Positions 1 to 9,037 of a stretch of 64,000 nt of DNA are shown in pieces. The DNA is taken from positions 1 through 64,000 of IMG/VR virus record IMGVR_UViG_3300036770_004723. The stretch is one strand, 5' to 3'. The notes under the pieces were generated by a model. That model was not told the origin of the DNA and searched no databases. It worked only from the letters and a program-made list of their open reading frames with translations. How positions within the stretch are numbered: position 1 is the first letter of the stretch; each line of letters begins with the position of its first letter. The position numbers were made by a program, and so were the translations under genes.

Positions 1-65
1 TAGTTTCCATGGAGTACACTAAAAAATGTACTCTAGTAAACAACTTTTTGATTTAAACTGTGTAC

Positions 66-94
66 ATTATACCAAAATAAGCTATATATGTATA
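66..94 (-). promoter_or_regulatory. Candidate sigma70-type promoter firing leftward out of the window
   Basis: Minus strand reads TATACA-17 bp-TATAAT with TGG immediately before the -10 (extended -10). Confidence 0.4.
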
Positions 95-103
95 TGCGTA
101 TTT

Positions 104-132
104 TTGACACACTTCGATCAGTTGGCTTTAAT
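104..132 (+). promoter_or_regulatory. Candidate sigma70-type promoter
   Basis: TTGACA (104-109), 17 bp spacer, TTTAAT (127-132); no plus-strand gene follows. Confidence 0.35.
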
Positions 133-146
133 CGCAAGTTTAAATG

Positions 147-184
147 AAAAAAGGCTGGTCAATCTTTTGGACTGCCAGCCTTTT
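147..184. terminator. Probable bidirectional intrinsic terminator
   Basis: AAAAAA-GGCTGG...CCAGCC-TTTT hairpin, downstream of the minus-strand gene run. Confidence 0.6.
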
Positions 185-190
185 GATTAC

Positions 191-304
191 TTATATCTCA
201 AGTAGAAACCAAATAACTAAGGCACCAAATGCGATATAAAATAAGATCCCTAAACCTAAGGTTTTTAGTTTTTCCTTCACAATGACCTCTAATAACGTGT
301 CCAC
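191..304 (-). CDS. Small single-TM membrane protein, 37 aa (not in ORF track)
   Basis: GTG start with AGGT 7 nt upstream; translates MDTLLEVIVKEKLKTLGLGILFYIAFGALVIWFLLEI, then TAA; fills the gap before the terminator. Confidence 0.55.
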   Translation of the reverse strand: MDTLLEVIVKEKLKTLGLGILFYIAFGALVIWFLLEI

Positions 305-364
305 ATGAACACCTGATCATATTAAACTAGGTAAAGGCATAAGTCAAGAACTTCATTATAAATA

Positions 365-811
365 CTATACTATATTTATGCTTTTGGTGAAAGGTAAGCT
401 TTGAGCATAAAAGTTTAGATCAGGATCTTTACTGCAATAGTACATGTCAAATCGTTCCATTAAATCCGTAACCTTGTGCGTACTAGCTGCCACCATTACT
501 TTTTTTGGTATATAGTAGGTATTAAAATCTATACTACAATCTAAATGATCAAAAGATCCTATCGTATAAACTACCTCAATCTTTTTACGGTCAAAGCCGT
601 AGTCTAAATTGTTGAACGATATTACACGATTATGTATATCGACAATATTGTTTAATAGCCTAACATCATCAAAATCAAGGCCAAACTTTTCAATAATTGG
701 ATGAATATGTTGGTAAAGTTCTGCTTGAGTTGGAATACCTGCAAATTCAAAATTTACTAGGTCTTCCTTGATCGGGGCATGTACAAAACATTTGAATTTT
801 CGGTATTCCAT
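365..811 (-). CDS. Hypothetical protein
   Basis: 148 aa ORF in a tightly packed minus-strand run. Confidence 0.7.
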   Translation of the reverse strand: MEYRKFKCFVHAPIKEDLVNFEFAGIPTQAELYQHIHPIIEKFGLDFDDVRLLNNIVDIHNRVISFNNLDYGFDRKKIEVVYTIGSFDHLDCSIDFNTYYIPKKVMVAASTHKVTDLMERFDMYYCSKDPDLNFYAQSLPFTKSINIV

Positions 812-825
812 AGTAGGTAATTATC

Positions 826-1512
826 CTAGTGATTGCATCCTAAGTTTTCATAATGGACAGTGTGTAAACTTTTCATTTGATTCCAGTAACTTTGCACCAA
901 GGAATCTGCCTTTGAAAAGATTGTATCGTAATCAGACAGGCGGTTTATCAAGCAATGCTTGATAGAAGAATGCCCATAACCAACTAAGTGCTTTAATTTA
1001 TAACAGCCGTGACTAGGAACATCAGGTAAGAATAAAGGTCGGTCTGTTTGTACACTTTCTTTAACTGCATCCAACGCTGATACCATAAGCTCTAAAGTTT
1101 GAGCGGTATTCAGTAAGCTTCTAAAACACTTTACTGATTCTATTTCAATAACGAATTCTTTAATCAAGGACTCAAGAAAATGATATTGATTTAAAACCGC
1201 ATTCTTATTGAAAACAACATCATCAGCACTGTTTGACTTATTTACAGCCTCAATTCCCGTTCTTATTTTTCTTAAATTCAATAGACTGAGTGGATCGGTT
1301 GCAGTGCCTTTTCCTATACAAGAAACTAGTGAAGTTAAAAAGCCGTTAGTTAATTCATCCATGTATTGAATGGCACATAAATGTTTTGCGTCCAAAGTAC
1401 AGGCAGATAACTGCATATAGGATTTTGGATATATAGGTAACATAGCTTTCGTTTTACAGTTTGATATTAAATCCCTTAAGCATTCAAGTGTATCTAGGTC
1501 TAAGATAGTCAT
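826..1512 (-). CDS. Hypothetical protein
   Basis: 228 aa ORF, ATGA overlap with upstream gene, AGGA RBS. Confidence 0.75.
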   Translation of the reverse strand: MTILDLDTLECLRDLISNCKTKAMLPIYPKSYMQLSACTLDAKHLCAIQYMDELTNGFLTSLVSCIGKGTATDPLSLLNLRKIRTGIEAVNKSNSADDVVFNKNAVLNQYHFLESLIKEFVIEIESVKCFRSLLNTAQTLELMVSALDAVKESVQTDRPLFLPDVPSHGCYKLKHLVGYGHSSIKHCLINRLSDYDTIFSKADSLVQSYWNQMKSLHTVHYENLGCNH

Positions 1513-2063
1513 AAAGTTTCCTGTTTAATAGGCATTAATGATCCTGAATGTCCAAGCTCACGTAAATAAACTAGATAGGCAATGCAATCTAAAGTGTCGC
1601 CTTTAGCAAGATGTGCATGAAATGCTTTTAGGCATTCTTCTTTTGTGTTGAAGAATCGACCATCACCGGCTTCTACATTTGTAGGCGGATTACGCCAGCC
1701 ATCTATTAAACCATGTTTTATTTGGGATTCAAGTAATTTTTGTTTTAACGCTGTTGTTGCTTTATCTACAACTAATTCTGTTTCTGTATGTAACTGTATA
1801 AGTGCAGGATCAAAAGTATCTGTGTTCCAGATAACAATTGTTTCAATTAGTGCAGAAGGATTTTGCGGATCAGCCGAACTAAAAGAAGAGGCATAAGCAT
1901 CATCAGGTAAAATAGCTGGAACCCAAGACACATTAATTTTTCGCCATTCTCCGGCTGTTACCATTAATGGGTCTAAACCTAATTCTTCTATTTCTTTTGT
2001 ATTCATGAAGGTTCTGTATTTTTGTTTAATGTTGGCCATACAAGGAATAATTTTATCACCCAT
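1509..2063 (-). CDS. Phage protein with conserved helical C-terminal domain
   Basis: C-terminal LKQKLLESQIKHGLIDGW...ECLKAFHAHLAKGDTLDCIAY resembles a recurrent phage all-alpha domain (recalled pattern KL..A..KYG..DGW...HL.KGDP.DVA.Y); function unknown. Confidence 0.55.
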   Translation of the reverse strand: MGDKIIPCMANIKQKYRTFMNTKEIEELGLDPLMVTAGEWRKINVSWVPAILPDDAYASSFSSADPQNPSALIETIVIWNTDTFDPALIQLHTETELVVDKATTALKQKLLESQIKHGLIDGWRNPPTNVEAGDGRFFNTKEECLKAFHAHLAKGDTLDCIAYLVYLRELGHSGSLMPIKQETL

Positions 2064-2107
2064 TTTAAAGTCCCCGTTTAATTAAACGTTTAATAAAGTT
2101 AAATATT

Positions 2108-2947
2108 TTAATTTGTAAGACTGAAGCATTTTTTATATAGCTCTACATCATCTAGATTGCCGAATGTAACAGTTAGAGAATCAGAGTATACGACTATGGA
2201 AAAACCGAATCTTATCAGCTGTGTTTTAATAGGGTGTTTGGCTTCAAGTATTAAACTAATCAAGTTTTGATTTACGTGAAATTCAATAGCGTTTTGTTCT
2301 ACATTGAAGTATGTAAGATTAAGTTGTATGCCGCACCAATTCAATGAATTTACATTGTCCAGCATAGAGTCGGCTGTGTGCTTTAATAAACTAAATAAAG
2401 GCTCTAGCATTGAATTTGAATTTGATCTAAACCTTTTTGCAAGTACCACAGATAGACTTTCCATTGCACCAAATAATAACATAGCTGTCTGAATATCTAT
2501 AGGAGGGCAGGTTTTAGGATCACGGATAACCGTTTGATGACCTAAGACTAAAAATTTAGTACAAGACATATCCAGTGTAATACAATTCATTTGACGCATA
2601 CTTGCATCATCTCTATCTTTGCCTGTTAAAGGAATCAAAGATTCACTCGTAGTGTAAGTTAAATCGAGAAAGTTTGTAATAAAACTATTTTTAAAATATT
2701 TGATAGATTGATCGTACAAATCCTTTATCGAGTTCTTAAGTTCTTGCCTTACCAACTCTTCTTCGGCTACAGATTTATCTGGTGCCAATTCTGCATAATA
2801 GCAAATTGTGTTTGGCTCAGGTAAGCATGTTTTATTAAAAGTAACGTCGAAGCGCTTTGGAGTTAAAGGTCTAATAATTTCAGATATGTCTGTATTTTTA
2901 TCAAAAGTAAGAGCATAAGGTAGGTTCATTTTATTACCTGTAGTCAT
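2108..2947 (-). CDS. Hypothetical protein
   Basis: 279 aa ORF, no motif recognised. Confidence 0.75.
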   Translation of the reverse strand: MTTGNKMNLPYALTFDKNTDISEIIRPLTPKRFDVTFNKTCLPEPNTICYYAELAPDKSVAEEELVRQELKNSIKDLYDQSIKYFKNSFITNFLDLTYTTSESLIPLTGKDRDDASMRQMNCITLDMSCTKFLVLGHQTVIRDPKTCPPIDIQTAMLLFGAMESLSVVLAKRFRSNSNSMLEPLFSLLKHTADSMLDNVNSLNWCGIQLNLTYFNVEQNAIEFHVNQNLISLILEAKHPIKTQLIRFGFSIVVYSDSLTVTFGNLDDVELYKKCFSLTN

Positions 2948-2990
2948 ATTGAATCGACGTTACTGTTCAGATTACAATTTTAAATGCTAG

Positions 2991-3551
2991 TTAACGGACA
3001 TAAATTAATTCGTATGCAATCAAATTTTCTCTAGGTGCTGCATGTCGAAAATGTGTATGATCTCCAACAAAAGTAAAGTCATTATTTTTACTGTGTGTCC
3101 AAATTAAGGAAGGTTCTGAATTCTCGAATTTAAGCATACGAATTTCATCAGGCTCCCACCAAGGTACATTGATAAATAATGCTTCGGCCATACTAATAAC
3201 TTTTGTATCTTTAAAATCTAATGGTGGAACAGCATAAAGAACTGGTGCCTGTGTAGTACCATCACTATGGACGATTGGTAACAAAAAATTGTTTGTATCC
3301 TCTATGTGCTGTGCAAATTCGTCGATATATTGCCTATCCAACTTTTTCACTGAAGTCGATACTGACGCAGGTACAAATTGTTGTTTAAGTGCTGCCAGCA
3401 AAACTGCTTTAGGTACTTTGGTATCTATAAAGCAGTTAGCTAGTTTTACATAACGTTTCAACCAAACTTCCAGTATTGGATATTCCAGCATCAAAGCTTT
3501 ATAAGAACCTAACCCTTCAAATTTAGTAGTCTCATTATTTGGAATTTTCAT
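2991..3551 (-). CDS. Hypothetical protein
   Basis: 186 aa ORF, AGGA RBS. Confidence 0.75.
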   Translation of the reverse strand: MKIPNNETTKFEGLGSYKALMLEYPILEVWLKRYVKLANCFIDTKVPKAVLLAALKQQFVPASVSTSVKKLDRQYIDEFAQHIEDTNNFLLPIVHSDGTTQAPVLYAVPPLDFKDTKVISMAEALFINVPWWEPDEIRMLKFENSEPSLIWTHSKNNDFTFVGDHTHFRHAAPRENLIAYELIYVR

Positions 3552-3581
3552 AAAGTTCCTATCATAATTATTTTTGTATTA

Positions 3582-4268
3582 TTAGATCTCTTGCCTTATA
3601 CATTGAAAAGCAAAGGAAAGCTGCTTTTCGTACTTGCTTAGATATTCATTTATCCAGTAAACATAAAATTCATAGGTATCTATTGGACTGTCGATGCCTT
3701 TGAACAGATCAGTATACGCATCGATCTGGTCTTTTGCGCATTTTAGTATAGAAGTATGACCTGCCTTGGTTAGATTTAGTAGATCCAATGGAGTATTAGG
3801 TATCCTTAATCTAGAAGGTTGAGTATTTTCTATGTTGAAAACAGGTCCTTTTAATTTAAATTTATCTAGTTTATGTGATAATACTTGAGCTTCGTAGAAT
3901 AAAGGCACCAACTGTAACAGTACAGGATATTCAGCAAAAAATCTTGTTACTATGTTTTTAATGTCTGTGATGTTTTTAGTATGTGCCTCTAGAATTTCAT
4001 CATCTGGAAAATGCGTAGTAAAATCTTTTTGTAAGGTATTGAGGATAGTGTTCTTATCAAAGTATTTTAGATCTAAGCCCTTTAAGGTGTTAGTGGATAC
4101 TACTTTAACAGTGTTATTTTTTACTTCGGTCTTAAGTTCAGCACTGCCAAAAGAAGCAGGAAAAGACTTCGACTCTTTATAGTTTGATATTAAATTGATA
4201 AGAATTTGCTTATCTTTTTCCGAGAATACGTTTTTTGTTGTCAAAGTCTTAACCTGAGTCTTAATCAT
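3582..4268 (-). CDS. Hypothetical protein
   Basis: 228 aa ORF, AAGGG RBS. Confidence 0.75.
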   Translation of the reverse strand: MIKTQVKTLTTKNVFSEKDKQILINLISNYKESKSFPASFGSAELKTEVKNNTVKVVSTNTLKGLDLKYFDKNTILNTLQKDFTTHFPDDEILEAHTKNITDIKNIVTRFFAEYPVLLQLVPLFYEAQVLSHKLDKFKLKGPVFNIENTQPSRLRIPNTPLDLLNLTKAGHTSILKCAKDQIDAYTDLFKGIDSPIDTYEFYVYWINEYLSKYEKQLSFAFQCIRQEI

Positions 4269-4295
4269 TTAGAGTACCCTTACTAAAATTATTCG

Positions 4296-5186
4296 TTAGA
4301 TTTTACAAGCGCCTCCATCGCAGTCATTACTTTCGTCTGCTTGGCTTTCAGTATCATACTCAATGTCAGGATCAGGTACATCAAGATTATCCAGTGCATT
4401 AATATCTAGATCTACAGTTAGAAATTCATTTAGATCCCAAACTCTTTTAAGGGATGTTCCTGCAAAGTGCATTGAACGCATTACATTAGCTCGGATCTTA
4501 GCAGATACTTCAGGATATTCAGATTCAAAATCTGGAACAGGCTCATACATAAATGAGACAAGACTTTTTTCAACAGTTTTTTCAGTTTCACCTATAAAGC
4601 GATAAGTACCTAGTCTATAGATACGATCAAATTCAGAATCTTGATCGTAATCTTTAAATTGTGAAGTGTAAACATGAGTAGCCCAGCTAGGTAAGGCTTT
4701 CAAGTTATTCAGCATTTGCAGGTCTGCTTTGCTGTAAAATGAAATATAATTCTTATCTACTAATGCCAGATTGCTTTTTGTACATCGCTTAAAAAAATTT
4801 GGACTGTGTTCAAATCTATTTGTCATAAATTTGTCTTTAGTAAATAACTTACTAAATCCGTTTACCTGTACACCAAAAGTAGAGCCGTTCACTCTAGCTA
4901 ATTCAGTGTAAGAATAGTCATTTTGTGCTTCTGGTAACACTAATAACACAGATTCGTGTTTTAAATAATCATACTTATAGCCAATAGCTATATAGTTTGG
5001 TAGATCCGGATCTACTTCAACATCTGCCTTATATTGTGATAGAATAAGTAAAGATGTGCGGATATTGCTATCTTTATTCTTCTCAGCAAATACATTACCG
5101 ATCATACCAAAATTAATTTTTTGTAGACCACGTAAAGAAATTGGCTTAAAGTCGATCTCTAAAATTTGGTTCATTTCAGGTTTCAT
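4296..5186 (-). CDS. Hypothetical protein with acidic tail ending CDGGACKI
   Basis: 296 aa ORF; C-terminus resembles the redox Cys-pair tail of class I ribonucleotide reductase alpha, but the body has no RNR motifs. Confidence 0.7.
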   Translation of the reverse strand: MKPEMNQILEIDFKPISLRGLQKINFGMIGNVFAEKNKDSNIRTSLLILSQYKADVEVDPDLPNYIAIGYKYDYLKHESVLLVLPEAQNDYSYTELARVNGSTFGVQVNGFSKLFTKDKFMTNRFEHSPNFFKRCTKSNLALVDKNYISFYSKADLQMLNNLKALPSWATHVYTSQFKDYDQDSEFDRIYRLGTYRFIGETEKTVEKSLVSFMYEPVPDFESEYPEVSAKIRANVMRSMHFAGTSLKRVWDLNEFLTVDLDINALDNLDVPDPDIEYDTESQADESNDCDGGACKI

Positions 5187-5197
5187 AAACTTACCTA

Positions 5198-5581
5198 TTA
5201 CTGGATTGTTGAATTTATTTTGATATCAAGCGATTCCATACTAATACCTGATTTATTAAGGCGATCAATAAGAGTTTCTGCTTGTGAAGGACTCAGTATA
5301 CTTTGTTCCAAGTATTTTACTGTTTTCTTAATTTCCTCTATTTTTTCCAGCATGAAATTTATGCCTATTATATTAAATTCTGTTTGACCTACTTTGTATT
5401 GTTGGAATTCTGATAATTCAGGAACATGAATTGTCGAATTAGGTGAAGAACGCAACAAACGTTTTCGCCATTCAATATACTTGTTAGCTGTTTCTTCAAA
5501 GGCTATTTTTAAGTGTTCTTCAGTTAAAACCGTGTGTTCTTGTAATGGATCTAATTTCGTACTGTAATCAAGTTCCGACAT
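5198..5581 (-). CDS. Hypothetical protein
   Basis: 127 aa ORF, GAGGA RBS, overlaps upstream gene. Confidence 0.7.
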   Translation of the reverse strand: MSELDYSTKLDPLQEHTVLTEEHLKIAFEETANKYIEWRKRLLRSSPNSTIHVPELSEFQQYKVGQTEFNIIGINFMLEKIEEIKKTVKYLEQSILSPSQAETLIDRLNKSGISMESLDIKINSTIQ

Positions 5582-6011
5582 TTACATTATCCTCTACTGG
5601 AAGATCTAGTACGTCTTTATCTTCAGCAACATGCTTTAATTGGTGTGCTAAAATATAAAGATTTATATAGGCACCTACATCTTTTAATTTTTTACCGTAC
5701 CTATCTCGATAATCTGGTGTAGGTATAGATTCGACTTCGCTAATGAAATCCTGAATATTTTTACTTATTAAAACAGTGCTTTGCTTGCTCAGTAAGATTG
5801 GTCTGCCTACGTTCTTTAGAAAAGCATTATCTATGGCCGCTGTTATATTTTTTAAAATATCGTCTTCCACATAAGCTTTAGTATGCTGGTCTAGTACTTC
5901 TATAGTTTGAAGTACTATTTTTTGATCGTGCATACTTAACGCACTTTTATCAATTGACTCTAATAAAGGAATCAAAGATTTTAAATTTTTACTCTTCATG
6001 CTCTGTATCAT
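5568..6011 (-). CDS. Hypothetical protein
   Basis: 147 aa ORF overlapping both neighbours. Confidence 0.7.
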   Translation of the reverse strand: MIQSMKSKNLKSLIPLLESIDKSALSMHDQKIVLQTIEVLDQHTKAYVEDDILKNITAAIDNAFLKNVGRPILLSKQSTVLISKNIQDFISEVESIPTPDYRDRYGKKLKDVGAYINLYILAHQLKHVAEDKDVLDLPVEDNVNVGT

Positions 6012-6429
6012 GATCTGCCCTTACAACTTCAAACAGCATTCCATGTGTATTTAATTCCTTTACCAAAGTATCTACGTTAGTGGAACTAACAAGCCATTCA
6101 GTGTTCATCAAGCTTTGTATGTTTCTGACAATAAACTGACCAATATATTCAGAAAAGTTTTCTTGTGCAAAAACACTTTCTTTTAAGATAATTGTGTCGA
6201 TAACACTAAAATCTTGGTCAATAGTATTTATACTGACAGGTTTCCATCCAGACTGTGCCGCATTCATATTTATTAAGGTTTTAGCTGAATAAAATACTGT
6301 AGAGTCAATTAAAAGATTCAGGTACGGCCTATCTGGCCTAGATGTCTCTGCGTCAAGACTTTGATACCAATATATTTTCTCTTTGATCGCTTCTTCAAGA
6401 TTTTTTAGTTCTACGTGACTTACTAACAT
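5989..6429 (-). CDS. Hypothetical protein
   Basis: 146 aa ORF, AAGGA RBS. Confidence 0.7.
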   Translation of the reverse strand: MLVSHVELKNLEEAIKEKIYWYQSLDAETSRPDRPYLNLLIDSTVFYSAKTLINMNAAQSGWKPVSINTIDQDFSVIDTIILKESVFAQENFSEYIGQFIVRNIQSLMNTEWLVSSTNVDTLVKELNTHGMLFEVVRADHDTEHEE

Positions 6430-7186
6430 AAGGTTCCTTAATTCGTACCGAATAGCATTGTTTTGAGTTTATAAAATTTGAAGACAGATTATCTATGTCT
6501 AAATATTTACATATTAAAAACACTAAATCTTTCTTTATTAAGATAACGCCCTTCACTAGAGCGTTATCTTCAATGTCATTTATTGAAATGTATCCACGCC
6601 CTGAGTTATCTTCTTTTACATCAAGATCGCAACGAAGACACAAGTAAGGCAAAACAAGATCTATCATGTCAAAGAAAATTTGTTCTGCAACATAATAAGC
6701 CCTTCCCCAATCGCAGTAACCTAACTGCTTTAGATAAAAACATTTACGTGTATCCAGGTCATACTCTAAAAAACTCGTAGGTATTACAACAGTTGACATT
6801 CTACCATTCACAAAACTTCTAGATGCCACTGGAAACATATGTTTATCACTGTACATGTGTTTGACCAAAAACAAGAATCCGGTTTCATCTATATCAATAT
6901 CAGAATTTAAATCCGCTCTTATAAAATCGTAGGCTGTTATATATGAAGTTCCGTGTACAAGCTTTGTTGCGGTACTGTCTACGATTTTGCTTGTGTTATC
7001 CTCAAAATTATATTCACATATTTTAATAGGTTTTTCTTCGTAAAGAAGCTTAGAAAAAGATTTATCATGCTTGTATGTTATAATAACTGATTCACAGCAA
7101 GCACTAAAACTTTTTATAAAATCTTTGAAGGCTAACTGCCAAGCAATAGATTTTTTATATCTTTTCCGAGTAGTTAGCCTTAACAT
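6395..7186 (-). CDS. Hypothetical protein
   Basis: 263 aa ORF, AAGGT RBS, basic termini. Confidence 0.7.
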   Translation of the reverse strand: MLRLTTRKRYKKSIAWQLAFKDFIKSFSACCESVIITYKHDKSFSKLLYEEKPIKICEYNFEDNTSKIVDSTATKLVHGTSYITAYDFIRADLNSDIDIDETGFLFLVKHMYSDKHMFPVASRSFVNGRMSTVVIPTSFLEYDLDTRKCFYLKQLGYCDWGRAYYVAEQIFFDMIDLVLPYLCLRCDLDVKEDNSGRGYISINDIEDNALVKGVILIKKDLVFLICKYLDIDNLSSNFINSKQCYSVRIKEPYVSKSRRTKKS

Positions 7187-7357
7187 ACACTACCTTATAT
7201 TAAATGATCACAGGCATTCTTAATGTAATGCAACCTAGAAAACGATCTACAATATTTAAACGACACAATTGCTATATTGCAACAGGTATTTAAACTTTGT
7301 ATGTAGCCATCTAGCTGTGTTTGTCAAAAAGTTGCTCGCTTGAACCGTTTTTTAGTA

Positions 7358-7930
7358 CTACCCTAAAGGTAGTGGATCTTCAGCAAGGAAATCATCAAGT
7401 GTTCTACTATCGGTAGCAAGATACTTGGGTAAAAATACGCCTGAAGTTCCCGACTCCATAAGTTTAGACCTACCAAATTCACCAACACGCACAGCATAAA
7501 CTTTTGGCATAATACAACGATAGGCTTTTTTCAGTTCTTGCGGCTCACCACGCGCACAAGCCGCTGCATGAGATTTGCAGTCTAGTTTTAAACATTCGAT
7601 TAGTCTAGGTATATGCCAAAAACCGCTGTCCATGAATTCGGGTACTTCTGTTAAATACCAACCAACAAGCTCACGCTTTTCAATGTCTTCAACAATTTCA
7701 TGTTTATAGGGATCTAAAAATTTAAAACTTGAGTCAACAACCGTATATAGAAAATGTTTGTAACCTTGCTGTTCAGCCAAGTAAAGTTTAAGAGCGTACA
7801 TAAGGCGATTAGATAACTCTATGTTTCCAATTACTTCGGTTCCATTACGACACTCATTAAGCAAGTGAGCAACTTTAGCATGGGCTGATTCCTGGTTTAA
7901 CATGTTTAAAACTTGTGGTAGAATTTGCAT
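7358..7930 (-). CDS. Hypothetical protein
   Basis: 190 aa ORF, AAGGA RBS. Confidence 0.75.
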   Translation of the reverse strand: MQILPQVLNMLNQESAHAKVAHLLNECRNGTEVIGNIELSNRLMYALKLYLAEQQGYKHFLYTVVDSSFKFLDPYKHEIVEDIEKRELVGWYLTEVPEFMDSGFWHIPRLIECLKLDCKSHAAACARGEPQELKKAYRCIMPKVYAVRVGEFGRSKLMESGTSGVFLPKYLATDSRTLDDFLAEDPLPLG

Positions 7931-7945
7931 TATGTACGTCCTTAA

Positions 7946-9034
7946 TTAATTCACAAAACGATGCAACAAATTTCGTGTCATTGCATTCACTTTGTTATAT
8001 TTTAGATAAACAGGCAACAACTGACGAGCAGTAGCAACATCACGACTCTTTGACATCAAAGCAGTTTTATTACGTGTTAGTAGTCTAGCAAGTTTATCAG
8101 GTTTATTTTTTAATATCCAAAGTAAGTTACTTAGTGTCAGAGTTTTAAGTGACTCAACATTAGCCTTACCTTTAGGTGGTTTGAGACCTACTGAGTGCAG
8201 TCTAACCAAATGATCTCTATCACGATAAGCAGATGCCATTCGATTACGAGCCAACACAAAATATTCTTTACTTAATTCAAATCCAACAAAACGTCTTAAA
8301 CAAACTAGTGCTATTTTACCAGTAGTACCTGATCCTAAAAATGGATCGAATACTATATCATTAGGATTAGACCACGAAAGTATGTGATCATATACTAATC
8401 TTTCTGGAAAAATTGCAGGATGTTTAAATGCTTCGACATCGTTAGTTGAGTGGCCTTTACCTACAGGATAATACCAAATGTTACCTTTAATCTTTTCAGT
8501 TCCAACTGGCTTTCGCTGTTTACCTGATCTCGCTGAACGCATCTTTTCATCAGTAACACTAAAGAAACTGTTTTTACGTGCGCCTTCTTTTTCAGGAAAC
8601 TTTGTGGGTATACGTATTGGATTGAATGTACGCGGTCTGCCTTTACTGAATACAAACATATACTCAAAATCTTGTTCATATCTGTTATGATTTTTAGGTA
8701 AACTATTTTTGTGTTAAATCATTGTGTCGTGTAGTTTAAAACCACACTCCATTGCAAACAAAGCTTGCCGAAAGCTTGTGCCTGTTTCGCTTTTATTAAT
8801 GGTAGCGTCACCTACTATCCAGACAAGGACACCTCCCAAACACGTTACACGGTATAAATTCTTTAATATTTGTTTCCAAACATCCTCGTTCCACTCAACA
8901 GAACCGTTGTACTTACGTAGATTATCGTATGGAGGACTGGTAACAGTTAAATGAATGGAATTGTCAGGAATCTCATGAAAATAATCTAGACAATTGCCAT
9001 TCGCTATCCAGTAATCAGAATTTTTAACTTTCAT
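7946..9034 (-). pseudogene. Beta-class N4-C/N6-A DNA methyltransferase interrupted by one in-frame TAA (8714-8716)
   Basis: SPPY catalytic motif in the 5' ORF; HPAIFP and DPFLGSGTT (SAM-binding) in the 3' ORF; same frame across HDTMI*HKNSLPKNHNRYEQDFEYMFVFSKG. Confidence 0.85.
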
Positions 9035-9037
9035 AGT

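Noticed and set aside
7305-7330. TTTTTGACA...AG.TGGCT on the minus strand resembling 101-127 on the plus strand
   Set aside because: The -10 region is poor (TACATA/ACATAC) and spacing differs by one base; only two copies in AT-rich DNA, so too weak to call
8461-8679. 72-aa minus-strand ORF overlapping the MTase in another frame as a frameshift partner
   Set aside because: The MTase motifs continue in the original frame, so no frameshift is needed
7946-9034. Genome-wide stop-codon recoding as the explanation for the in-frame TAA
   Set aside because: TAA, TAG and TGA all end normal genes here, coding density is high under code 11, and only one interrupted gene was found
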